A stretch of 64,000 nucleotides of DNA, from the NCBI RefSeq assembly GCF_009914755.1, contig NC_060935.1; one strand, given 5' to 3'. A program made the position numbers and the translations under genes. Each line of letters opens with the position of its first letter. Positions within the stretch are counted from its first letter, which is position 1. The notes beneath the pieces are model-generated. The model was not told the origin of the DNA, did not search any database, and worked only from the letters and a program-made list of their open reading frames with translations. The DNA is from the human T2T-CHM13v2.0 reference genome, Homo sapiens. Of this stretch, positions 1-12,365 are shown in pieces.

Positions 1-829
1 AGTCAGGGCACGCTATCATCACCAACTGCTTGCTGAACTATGTCCTGGGTCTTGACCTTGAAGGATGGACGCGTTCGGGTTGAAAGCCGCCATGCAGGGT
101 CGAACCGATCGCATCCGAGCCCTGAGCTAGCAGGGGCGGGTGTCCACGCGAGGGCCCCCGCCGTGGGAGGTCGCCAGAGGAGTGGCCACTTACACGTCCG
201 TCTCATGCAGAGGCTCCTGGAGCGCCCCTGCCAGGAGCGGCTGGGGAAAAAGTACCAGCTTGAGCTGCCTCCGCTCCACGAGAGGGTGCGGAAGCCCGAG
301 GGCTCGAAGAACTGCCTGCAGAGGGTCAGGGACTGCGAGCTGTCCACGCTGACGCCGCGCTCCGTGCGTGGCCCGGAGGACCGGGGCGCCCTGGACCACA
401 TGGTCAGGATGACCACCAGCCTCTAACAGCCCCGCCGTGGCCCTCGCGTGCCAGACCGTGTGCCCCCAGAGCTCCCTGTGCGTGGGGAAGAGGCGGCTGG
501 CGGTGCAGGAAATCCTGGCGGCTCAGGAAATTCTGGCGGCGCGGCTGGGGGTGGGGAGGCAGGCGCAGGAGGCGGGCGAAGCGGAGAGCGCAGAGCAGCA
601 CAAGCCGCCCTGCCCAGAGGCCGCGGGCTCCCGGGAGGGCTCCCTAAGAGCCGGCCTCCCACCTGCCCCGCTGCCAGGGTCCTGGGGCTCTGGCGACCCC
701 GCCCCGCGGAAGGCCAGCCTCCTGCCCCTGCAGCGCCTGCAGCGGAGCAGCTTGCGGCCCGGCGTGGTGGTGCCCCGGGTCCGCCTCAGCAAGGCGCCCG
801 TGCCCACCTTCCAGCCCCAGAGGCCGGCT
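1..829 (+). pseudogene. ANKRD33B retro-pseudogene fragment, cut by the window edge at 5' and truncated at 3'
   Basis: Translations [64 protein letters not shown] and [32 protein letters not shown] match recalled ANKRD33B, but in shifting frames with a TAA at 424-426. GC/CpG-rich, no intron visible. Confidence 0.85.
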
Positions 830-3061
830 GTTCAAATATTTTCCCAAGTTTATATTGGGTTCATTTTCTTTTGTTTATTACATTCATTAATCACATGTAT
901 TGTATTTTATTGCATATATGTTGGGATAAATATGTTTCTCCACTCTTGGTTTGCATTTTAATTCTTGGATGGTGTATTTTGAAACACAGAAGTCATCATT
1001 TTTGATACAAACTAACTAAATTTTTCTTCTTAATTGTTACTTTTTTGTCCTGGTTAGGAAATCTTTCTGTGTGAGAATATTTTATTGTGTTCCCTTCACC
1101 TTCAGAACATGAATCCATGTGGAAATGCACTGTGTATGGTTTGAGGTAGGGGTCAGTATTCAGTTATGTCCATTTGAATATTTAATTGATCCAGCATTGT
1201 CCTGATCCCCTTGTAAATTTCACTGTAGAACAGCACTCTAATAATGCATGAGCATTTTGTATGTAAGATGAGATTTACAAAGATAAGCACAGCATAGGAG
1301 GTCAAATAAGATTACCTCAAAGTATAGGTTCATAAATAAAACACATGGATAAGTATAATATTGTTAGATGAAGAGAAAGAAAATATTTCCAGGTTACCAT
1401 TGAGTCTTTTTACTCCAAGTTTTTTCATGAAGCCCAAGATCTCTACTTTCTTCCATTGATTTTAACTTCATTTAGACAACTCTGTCATCTATTATTTCAC
1501 TTTGTGACATTCAGAAATAATTAAAAACCAGAGAATATATTCTATGCCATACATCATGGGTAATGATTTTCCAAAAATGATTTAAAAAGGAACCAATACA
1601 CATGGTTTTAGTGTTTTCACCATATTTAATAGAAACACTATAAATGAGTTTTGATGACATTAGAATGCAACTAAAGACATTAAATGTAACTTATTTGTCC
1701 CGTTTGATGAGGTGCGAAAAAGAGGGCTTTCTGGGATAAACAGGTTCCCAGAGCATATAGACACATTTCTGACTTTTCTCTGGTCAGAAGTGACTACAGC
1801 AAAAGATAGGCCTGAGAGGAGGTGAGAAGGAGCAATTAGGGATGGTGTATATCAGGGAACTTTGATCAACACCAACAAAGCTCATGGTTCTACCTTCACA
1901 ATCCAGGAATAATCCTACTGTGCTGGTAGGTCTTGGAACATATTGCACCACAAGTGGGGAGGTGGTAAAGAGACTGCAGTGAGTGTCCTCCTTAACACAT
2001 CCAAGAAGAAAGAGTCCCTCCTCTCCATCTATCTTGTCATTCTGTCTCTTCTCTTTCCGATAATTGTTACAGACACCAAAAGCCCAATTCCAAGAGTCCC
2101 CCACGTGAACCTCCCAATAATATTTGCCAGATGTGAAAGCCGGAGCCCCCCATACAAGAAAACATTCAGATTTTGCAGTGATATCGGGATCATCTTGAGG
2201 GTCACATCCAACATTCATGCTTCTCAAATCTCCATACAGGAAGATATGACTATTGGTTCTTTCAGGCTGCAGAGTAAAATCAACTGCAAAAATAATTTTT
2301 AAAAAATATAGATACATGTAATTAATAGAAATTAGAATTCTTGAGGGAAAAGTTGTTCTACCAAGAGTTTACTTTACCAAGAAATTTGAAGTTACAAGGA
2401 CAGGAGAATTGTGACTACAACATTTAATAAAGTATAAGGATGATTAATATTCTCTATAGGAAGAACAAAACCCTAAAAACAGACATTGAAAATTTATTGA
2501 AAACTTAAAAATTGAGAGTCGAATATGAGACCAGCCTGTTTTAATCCAGTCTCCAATGTAAAAGTGAAATATTTTATGCCCTGAATGCCCTTTAGCTATC
2601 AAGGTCATTATTATTAAAATATTTCTTGTTCTTAAATACTAGTGATATAATTTTGGCAAGAATGGGAAGATTTTAGCTTCCTCAAGCACCGCTCTAGATA
2701 ACTGGATAAAAGTCCATATATTCAAATTATAAGTGGTAATTTAAGGCAGATTTTTGCAAAATCTTTTACCAGTCACTTTGTGGACATCCCTGCCAGCTCT
2801 AGACTGAAACCGAATTTTAGATTTTACACGTAGCTCTTCATGTTGTAACTAAACTGAAATTATCATTTCCATTTTTACTTCCTATTTACGTAATAATTCT
2901 TCTTTCTTTTTACATGTTAAATCAAAATTTTACATTATATCAATAATATATATTTATTGTAAGAAAGTACAAATACTCCAACAAACTGCAGTGAACTCTA
3001 TTCTCTAATGAAATGTGTTTAACAATTCAAATGAAATACAGTAAAGAAATGTAAAATTTTT

Positions 3062-4773
3062 TTTTTATTGATTTATTGATTTATTGATCATTCTTGGGTG
3101 TTTCTCGCAGAGGGGGATTTGGCAGGGTCATAGGACAATAGTGGAGGGAAGGTCAGCAGATAAACAAGTGAACAAAGGTCTCTGGTTTTCCTAGGCAGAG
3201 GACCCTGCGACCTTCCGCAGTGTTTGTGTCCCTGGGTACTTAAGATTAGGGAGTGGTGATGACTCTTAACGAGCATGCTGCCTTCAAGCATCTGTTTAAC
3301 AAAGCACATCTTGCACCGCCCTTAATCCATTTAACCCTGAGTGGACACAGCACATGTTTCAGAGAGCACAGGGTGGGGGGTAAGGTCACAGATCAACAGG
3401 ATCCCAAGGCAGAATAATTTTTCTTAGTACAGAACAAAACGAAAAGTCTCCCATGTCTACTTCTTTCTACACAGACACAGCAACCATCCGATTTCTCAAT
3501 CTTTTCCCCACCTTCCCCCCTCTCTATTCCACAAAACCGCCATTGTCATCATGGCCCGTTCTCAATGAGCTGTTGGGTACACCTCCCAGACGGGGTGGTG
3601 GCCGGGCAGAGGGGCTCCTCACTTCCCAGTAGGGGCGGCCGGGCAGAGGCGCCCCTCACCTCCGGGACGGGGCGGCTGGCCGGGCGGGGGGCTGACCCCC
3701 CCACCTCCCTCCCGGGCGGGGCGGCTGGCCTGGCGGGGGCTGACCCCCACCTCCCTCCCGGATGGGGTGGCTGCCGGGCGGAGACGCTCCTCACTTCCCA
3801 GACAGGGTGGCTGCCGGACGGCGGGGCTCCTCACTTCTCAGACGGGGCGGCTGCCGGGCGGAGGGACTCCTGACTTCTCAGACGGGGCGGTTGCCAGGCA
3901 GAGGGTCTCCTCACTTCTCAGATGGGGCGGCCGGGCAGAGACGCTCCTCACCTCCCAGACTGGGTCGCGGCTGGGCAGAGACGCTCCTCACATCCCAGAC
4001 GGGGCGGCGGGGCAGAGGCGCTCCCCACATCTCAGAGGATGGGCGGCCGGGCAGAGACGCTCCTCACTTCCTAGATGGGATGGCGGCGGGGAAGAGGCGC
4101 TCCTCACTTCCTAGATGGGATGGCGGCCGGGCAGAGACGCTCCTCACTTTCCAGACTGGGCAGCCAGGCAGAGGGGCTCCTCACATCCCAGATGATGGGC
4201 GGCCAGGCAGAGACACTCCTCACTTCCCAGATGGGGTGGCGGCCTGGCAGAGACTGCAATCTCGGCTCTTTGGGAGGCCAAGGCAGGCGGCTGGGAGGTG
4301 GTTGTAGCGAGCCGAGATCACGCCACTGCACTCCAGCCTGGGCACCATTGAGCACTGAGTGAACGAGGCTCCTTCTGCAATCCCGGCACCTCGGGAGGCC
4401 GAGGCTGGCGGATCACTCGCGGTTAGGAGCTGGAGACCAGCCCGGCCAACACAGCGAAACCCCGTCTCCACCAAAAAAATACGAAAACCAGTCAGGCGTG
4501 GCGGCGCGCGCCTGCAATCGCAGGCACTCGGCAGGCTGAGGCAGGAAAATCAGGCAGGGGGGTTGCAGTGAGCCGAGATGGCAGCAGTACAGTCCAGCTT
4601 CGGCTAGGGATCAGAGGGAGACCGTGGAAAGAGAGGGAGAGGGAGACCGTGGGGAGAGGGAGAGGGAGAGGGAGAGGGAGAGCTGTAAAATATTTAAAGA
4701 AATTTATTCTGAGCCAAATATGAGTGACCATGGTCTGTGACACAGCCCTCAGGAGATCCTGAGAACATGTGCC
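3062..4773 (-). mobile_element. SVA retrotransposon (hexamer, Alu-like, VNTR, SINE-R, polyA) plus about 90 bp of 5' extra sequence, in the last TRIM51-like intron
   Basis: Poly-T at 3057-3066, SINE-R about 3085-3580, GC-rich VNTR about 3580-4250, Alu-like part about 4255-4625, (AGAGGG)n about 4630-4682. TSD AAAATTTTT at 3053-3061 and 4774-4782. Confidence 0.95.
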
Positions 4774-7694
4774 AAAATTTTTATGTAACCTTGGATTATT
4801 ACGCTTCCTTCTGAGCATTGTTCCATTTATTCAATTTTTTATTTCTTATGTCATTCCATTTACCCAATATATAACTCTATACATGTGATCCCAGAACATA
4901 TTTGTTTTTCACTATGTTTTACTCTTCATGTTATAAATTGGTCTATAAATAGAAACACAGATATAAAAGGGTTGCATAGTCATATGGTTCACTTCCTGCT
5001 GAAATGAAATAAAGATTTGATGAAGGGTAAAATATTACCCCCATGATTCTAACAAGAAGTAATACACTGTGGGAATTCTGCCAATGGGCTGACGCTCACC
5101 TCTGAATCCACTGAGCCTGTCCAGCAGTCCAGTGATGGGCCCTGCACTGAGCTCTGGATTCACAGGCTCAGACACTTGCAGCAGCGGGGACTCATACCTG
5201 CAAGGAGAAAGATACAGTTACCACATCTACAGCCAAAAAAAATACATAAAAATCACCACTTTTATTTAAAAGACATTTCATGAGAATCCCTTTAACCCAC
5301 ACATTTGCTAATTCCAAAATTATCATTTTATTTTTCAAATCCATTCTTATTCACAGTTCCTGATTTTCAAGCACGATGGAAAAGTCTATCTGACTGAGAA
5401 TTCATTCGGATCTTTCTTCGTATTGCTCCAAATTAGTAAGGATCATTAGTCTTAAGACTGGGAGAATATTGAAAAATGAAATTCTGGGTTCCAGACCTCA
5501 CCAGAAATTCCTGAAATCACTGTCTGGAAAAGTGGGGTTATTTTTAAGACTGCTGCATCTGTTGCTTCCTTCTCAAGGCCAGGGTGTTGAAACTTGCTCC
5601 AGGCAGGGAGATCTGCCTTTTATAGTTGAGGTTCTCTGGAGGCCTACACGGTTCAAACATTCCAAATAGTTTGTTTCATCCATTTTTCAGAATTATATAT
5701 TTAAATATAAACTAGAAATCATCAACACTTTTCACTGCTAAGATACTTTCCCCTCTTCTCTCTGGCTTCCCCTGGTTGACTTTGTAGCCATGTAGTAAAT
5801 GTAATATTTTCTCTTTCAAATATGAAGGCTTTTGAGCAATAAAAAGGAAATTAGGAATAGAGATGCTCACTTCCTTGATTTTTCTTTCATTTATTTATTT
5901 TTTGTTTTATTTATTTATTTATTTATTTATTTTTTTGGTTTTGCAGAACTTTCATTGAGCTGCTTAATAAAGTCACTGAGTATGGCAACAAAATAGATGA
6001 CTACATGGGGGTGGGGGATGGAGAAAGTACAACCAGCACAAGGCAGTGTCACTATCTGAATCCATTATACCTTCAATATCAAAGTTCCTGCTTGATATTT
6101 GTGGAAACTGAAAGCATCTGCTAAAATCTTGGTATGCACTCCCCTGTGTAATATGTCTCCAAAAGCCTGTAAAAAAAAAAAAAATAGAAAGGCTTAGTGC
6201 TTTCCACAAGACGCATCTTCCACTAAGTTCAGTGTGAGATTTGGAGACAGTTTCTGAAGATATTTTCCTACAATGTTCCCTCCTGGAAAGCATTTTCTGT
6301 TTCTTTTCTCATGAAAATCCCAGTCTATCATATGTCATGAATTAATGTCCTGATAAAGTCTAAGTCTTGAAGACATTCTCTTTACAAGTGAAGGGAGAGG
6401 AGGGAGGCCCACAGAGTCTATGCTCTGTGGTAACCATAAAGAAGCTACTCAGTCATCTTCCCTAAGCCCTGTTACCAAAATGAGTGGACCCCAAAATAAT
6501 ATTAGTGTGATCCTAGATTCCCCAACTTCTCCATCATGCCATGTCTCCAAATTAGCCTAAATGCCAATGAATCACTTCTCATTTTATCCACTTTCAAAAA
6601 TCCTAAATAAATCACTGACTTTTGATGGGAAATATTTCTTGGGGCTGTCTGTTACCTTAGCCATTCTACAAAGTTTTGTTGCTGGTGGATAAGGTAGGAG
6701 GGACCTTCGGTCTAGTAGAATCACTAGGAGAGGCTATACCTTCCCAACCAAGTAGCATTAGTTATCGAATCATGTTTTTGGAAACAAATAATGGAAGTGA
6801 AGGGGGAGACGGATTTCAGGAGAGAGGAAAAACACCCATGTATGTGAATGTTCAACATCATGATACCCCATGGTCAGTCCGTACCAGGAGTAGCTCCACA
6901 TCTGCTTTATGGTACATTTGCTTCAGATCCTCATACATTCCTCTTAAAAGCTCCCTGGGATGTTCCATTCTGGCTTGGCTTTCATTGAGTTGCTGAAAAA
7001 TGTCCTCGCCCTCCTTTCGCAGCCTCTCCAAGTGATGTTGCTCTTCTTCATGGAGAAATGCAGGCATCTTCTGATATTCAGCTCTGATTGCTTCTGTCCT
7101 TAAACTCACATAATCCTGCAGTGACAATTAGTCAAAATAGAAATGTTTTATCCATCTTCTCTTGAATTTCACTGATTCCTCTTAGCATTCTGAACACCCA
7201 ATATTTTAATCCTCAATCTTGTCAAGTCTCAGATTCCACAAAATTTTATTCCTTTCCTTTTTTTTCTGTACTAATATCAACATAGTTGTTTCTGCCCAGT
7301 TACATTTACTTGATTAATGATAAAATGCTTTCTAAGATAGTTATATAAAAATGGATTTCTCTCTTCCACACCACATTTATAGAAAGAAAACACAGTTCTT
7401 GCTTAAGAATCAAACTATCGAGTTATATTGACTAGGTAAGAAACCATTATTTCTATTTTGGAGAATTGGGGCAAGTTATGTAAAACCATTATACGACAAA
7501 TGATGACATGACCCAGACTAGCATTGTCAACTCAATGCATTTCACCCAGCATAACATATTCTAATAAGGTTTCATTTATTCTCTTCCAAACTCACACTAA
7601 TCAGCAACATGGACTTTTTTGTGGTTCCTCAAACCCCCAAATAAATGCAAATTAAATATTACTGCACATGCTGTTTTCTATACCTAGAATTATT

Positions 7695-7885
7695 TTCATA
7701 TATACATATATATATATATTTCTCATATATGTACTCATATATATATTTCTCAAATATAGGTATATATGGATATATGAGGAATATATACGTGTATCTGTGT
7801 GTGTGTATATATATATTCCTCAAATATATCCATATATATATATATATACCAACACCCAGATACACATACATATTCATATATTTAT
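7695..7885. repeat. (TA)n/(TG)n low-complexity tract in the intron after coding exon 2; homologous tracts at 18000-18090 and 57090-57205
   Basis: Visible dinucleotide repeats at the equivalent intron position in three paralogs. Confidence 0.85.
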
Positions 7886-10415
7886 GAAGAAGAGGAAGGC
7901 AAACAGGAGGATATGTATATTTCCTCCTGATCAAGATTTTGTTTCAGTGTGAATTTTTCCATGAGCCTTTTTTCTGACCACCCTATTTAAAACTCAAACC
8001 CTCAGCCCCAGTCCCTGGCCTCTGTGCTCCTTTTCTACTTTCCTGCTTGATTATTCTCCAAAGACACTACTACACTCTAACACATCATGTACTTCACATA
8101 TCTGCATGGTGACCATTTGCTTTTCTCATTTCCATTGCAAGATTTGTGTGTTTTCTTTCTTCTTTAATCCTTAATTTTCTAAGTTGATATTTGACATAGA
8201 CTAGGTACTCATAAAATATCTTTCAATGAATTAATATTAGAATAAATTAATGAATTAATATTAGATATCATACCCTCAATATAAACATCCACAAAGAGAA
8301 AATCATTTCTAGAATTCTTCTCAAGTCCTTAGAGTTCTCCTTATATTAAATACTAGTTCCCATATTTCTCACATATTTATGTCTTCATCAAGACACAAGT
8401 CTACATTTCTCACCACTTTTCCCATTATGTGTTATGACTTACTCAATATTAATTAGCGCTGATATTTAATTTCATGCTTTCCCTAAGGTTGTGCTCTTGC
8501 TCCTTCTGCCTGAAATTTAGCTCACATTTCAATATAGTTGCCCACCAGGATTCAAATTCATACTGACTCAGCCTTAGAAGGGTCACCTGAAATTTCCATG
8601 ACTGACAAATAACACTTGTATCCAGAATTTATCCAGGCAGCCCATTGGGAACAGTGTGAAATGGCCCAGTTTCTTGTATTTGTTGGGGGTATTGCTATAG
8701 GTTTGTATGGAAACAGATGAGCATGCTTGGGTAACATCTGTGGTCTGATTAGACATCCTACCAAAGAGTCACACTAACTTATATAAAAAATTAGGGTGTT
8801 TTTTTCTCAAGTGTTTTTTCCTTGTTTATTGAATTCCAGAAACATTATGGGTTGAGATCAAGTTCCTGTTTTAAGAGTCACCCATTTGTTCACTATAAGT
8901 TCCTGCAGAAGGTAGAGTAATACGGTACTAACCTTCCAGCATCTGGTTCTGGTGGTTTCTGTGTTCAGGTTTCTGAGATTTTCACAAGCTTTTTGCCATA
9001 AAGACTGCATTTTTTTTAGGAGCTCCTCCTGCAAAAGAGCCATGAATTGAAGCACAAGTGAGGACAATAAAGTATCACTCACACTCTGATATACGAAGGA
9101 CCCAAAATGAGAGACAAATTAGCCCACAGAAAATAGAGTTTGCTTTGTTTCTCCTCATGTTTGTCAAATCTGAGAGGTGTGAAGTCAAGGAAGCTCATAA
9201 CAGACATGCTTAAGGGGACACAGAGATGGCATCATCCAATCTCCAAGGAAATAGACTTACAAGAATTTCATGTGTCCTGTATAGAAATAGATCTTCAGAG
9301 GCATCACTTACCCGGCGTTCCTCAGCAGCCCACTCAATGGGACAGTGTCTGTGATTCCGGTGCTCCTGAGAGTTGGAGCACAGCCAACAGAGCCGGCTCT
9401 TGTTCACTTCACAGAACATCTTCTTTGTCTCTCTGTGCATCCCACATATTTGCTCCTCAGAGCTAAGGAATTGCCAGAGGCTGGCTTTTCTGGCAGTGGA
9501 AGCCATGTTCTTCAAACAAATGTCAGTTTTGAGGTTTCTCTGCTGTATTGTCTTCTTGCATTTAGAGCACTGAGCAAGAACTGCCATGTCTCGCCAGTTG
9601 AGGTAGAAACAGGGCCGGCAAAAGTTGTGCCCACAGTCTATGGTGACTGGGTCTATGAAGTAGTTCATGCAGATGGGACAGGTGAGTGCCCTCTGGAAGA
9701 CTTGCAAGATTCCAGAATTCATGTTTCTGATGAAGAAGAGAGAGCAGCATGTCATTTTGGGGTCTGGGTTGGTGAAAATCTGTGAACATGTGGTGATATG
9801 TGGTAGCTATATTTTCTTCTTGACAGTGCTCATTAAAGCGGAACAAACTATTTCCTCTGTAACAAAAATGAAAAATTCATACACAAAGAGAGTCCTTAGG
9901 CTTTTTAGCAGGCACTACTGACTAGATGACTCGCAACCTCTTCTACTCGTAGTTCCTGCCCGCAACATAATGCAAATCTGTTCAAAAACCTATTCCCTGG
10001 ATGTCGATATGAAACTCGGGTTTTAATCTTAAGTGGTCTAGAATAAAACATGCTTGTCCCTATTTCTCTTTCAAATAACTACTGAATGACTATGGGAGAG
10101 CAGTAGAAAACCTACATTGGGTAACAAAACATGAGAAGATGGTCAGAGGGCGCTATGACATATTTTTAGAGAGAGGGACCCAGAAGCCGGCTCTTTAAAA
10201 CAAAAACAACCCCAGAACAAACCAACCGACCAGATAAACAAAAACACAGCAATTAAACCAGTCTAGGATCACTAGGAGATAAAATAAATAATGAAAAATA
10301 TTGGGTTTATTTTTCTTATGGCTTAAATTAACTTCTTCTTTGGGCTACTCCAACTATGAACTGACATATAGTCAGTTTTTTAAAAACTGAAATATATATA
10401 ATTATGTTACTATGG

Positions 10416-11045
10416 TATTATGGTTAATTTTAGGTGTTGACTTGACTAGATCAAATAATACATGGAGAATTGGTAAAGCATTATTTCTGGGTGAGTCTGT
10501 GAAGGTGTTTCCAGAGAGACATGTAAGTTGGTGAGCTGAGTGGGGAACAGCAGCCCTCAATGTGGGTGGACACTATCCAATCAGCTGGTAGCTCAGACTG
10601 AAGATAAAGGGCAGAGAGAAGGCAGTTTCCTCTCTTTCTCCTGAAGCTTATTCTAACTCAGCCAGGATATTGGTATCTCCAGGATACTACCTTAATGACA
10701 GCCTATGTTCAACTTCTCAGACTCCATAATCAAGGGAACAAATTTCCCTAGTGGACTTCCTCTCCTGTACAGTGTCATGTGTAGAGTGAGGACAGATATA
10801 TGATCTGAGGGACGCATTAGACAGTCTCCTTATTGTTTGAACATCATAGGGTACACTTACACAAACCTAGATGGTATAGCCTACTACACACCTATGGTAT
10901 ACAGTATAGCATATTGTTCCTAGGCTACAAACCTGTATGGTATACGATAGGCAATTGTACCACAATTGTAAGTATTTTTGGTATATATATATAGTTATGT
11001 ACACATCCTATGGTTCTGTCTCTCTGGAGAACCCTGACCAATACA
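10416..11045 (+). mobile_element. MLT2-type (ERVL) LTR interrupted by a Tigger3/Golem fragment (about 10768-10985) in TRIM51-like intron 1
   Basis: MLT2 start (tggttaattttaggtgttgacttgact), ccaatcagctg, and end (ggttctgtctctctggagaaccctgaccaataca). Tigger3 motif acacaaacctagatggtatagcctactacacacct. Confidence 0.75.
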
Positions 11046-11899
11046 AACTGTAATCTTTGCCTTGGCCGTTTGAAGTCCTTTACCTTACTCTCTTTTACTA
11101 AACACTGTTGAATTTAAGTGCCAACAGTGAAAATTTAAGACTTGCAAATATTTTTCAGAGGTCTTCTGAGCCATTTCAAGGAATTTTTCATAGTTTCATC
11201 TGAGGTAAGCCTCAATTAAAATGACAACTAGTATCAAGTATCAAATCATTCCTTATACAGTTATCTGCTAAACAATTGTGTTTTGATTTCTAAGCTAGGG
11301 CATTTTGGAGAGCATTCTTATTTCCTTTAGTATCACCATTTTTAACTCACCATTGCCTCAGTAACTTAAAATCATGTCTAAAAGCTTAAGGTTATGAAAG
11401 CACAACATTTACAGTATTCAATAATTATCCTTTTTTACTTAATTAAGTGTACCAATATTAGTACATGCAGTACACATATATATGTTTTAATGTGAATTCC
11501 ATATATTCATGATGCATACAAATCTATTGCAGCAAACACTAGATATCTAAAATTTTTCAAAAATATATTAAACACTTTTGGAACACACAAAATGACAACA
11601 ATTAATAACCTCATGTCATAAAATGAATAGCAATACTATGAGTTACAAATAAGATCATTAAGTAAGTTTAGTCAGATATTTTTATCACTGTAATTTACTA
11701 TTTTAAAGGAAGAGAGAAATAATTTTCTCCATATAAGTTGCACTCACCCCAAGGTTCTATGAATGTTTCCTGCAGTAATTCTTCCAAGAAAAAGTTCTTT
11801 TAAGTACTCCCCAAGATCAGGAGCTCATTCCTTGCAGAGTTGACTTTCAGAGGTCACCTGAATGCAACTAACTCGAAGTGCTGTCCTCCTCTGGAGAAA

Positions 11900-12054
11900 T
11901 ATGAGCTTGTCTCTTCTACTTCCTTTTATGTGAATCTTTGAAGACCACACCCACCTCTTTAGTGATATTTAGGGTATTAAGAAAGGTGGAGACAGCAGAG
12001 ATGATTAGGTTTATGCAATATTTAGTACACGCCTTTTCATCACTGATTAAATTA
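11900..12054 (-). promoter_or_regulatory. TRIM51-like promoter: DUX4-type motif, CACCC box, degenerate TATA
   Basis: TGATTAAATTA at 12044-12054 (=TAATTTAATCA); TGATTAGGTTT at 12002-12012; ccacacccacc near 11945-11955; TATA reads CATAAAAG on the minus strand (11923-11930). Confidence 0.65.
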
Positions 12055-12234
12055 GCATCACACTATCATTGTAAAAACCACTGCCTGAATGAGGCATATC
12101 TATCATCAATCTTATCAGAGTAAATATGCTAGAAATTAACTAAAATTGATTAATACTGTTTCCTGAGTTTCTTCCCAAGGCACAAGCATTCCTCTAAGTG
12201 CACATTTATTTATTTATACCAAAGAAAGTTTCAC

Positions 12235-12365
12235 CCTCTGGAATGCAGTGGCACAATCTTAGCTCACCACAGCCTTGAATTCCAGGGCTCAAGTAATCCT
12301 CCCACTTCAGCTTTCAAAGTAAAAAAGACTAGAGGTTTATGCCATTGCACCTAGCTAATTTTTCA
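12235..12365 (-). mobile_element. Old Alu (J-type) half element upstream of the TRIM51-like gene
   Basis: ctggaatgcagtggcacaatcttagctcac...ctagctaattttt; homologous to the longer AluJ at 22965-23235. Confidence 0.7.

Larger units (their letters stand above)
1784..9722 (-). pseudogene. TRIM51EP: TRIM51-like locus (TRIM51EP/BP type). Coding exons 9722-9312, 9028-8933, 7115-6885, 6166-6144, 5197-5100, 2283-1784; non-coding exon 1 about 11902-11748
   Basis: MNSGILQVFQRALTCPICMNYF RING, B-box2, coiled coil and PRY-SPRY ending CCSHF*. Exons sum to 1359 nt (452 aa) with no stop, but the 23-bp exon donor reads GGGAGT rather than GTGAGT (position 6142). Exact paralog symbol uncertain. Confidence 0.8.

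Noticed and set aside
3-1005. Overlapping 65-185 aa ORFs on both strands
   Set aside because: By-products of the GC-rich ANKRD33B retrocopy; the parental frame is broken.
3088-4818. Cluster of GC-rich ORFs and a roughly 40-bp repeat array
   Set aside because: SVA VNTR, Alu-like and SINE-R sequence; not genes and not a CRISPR array.
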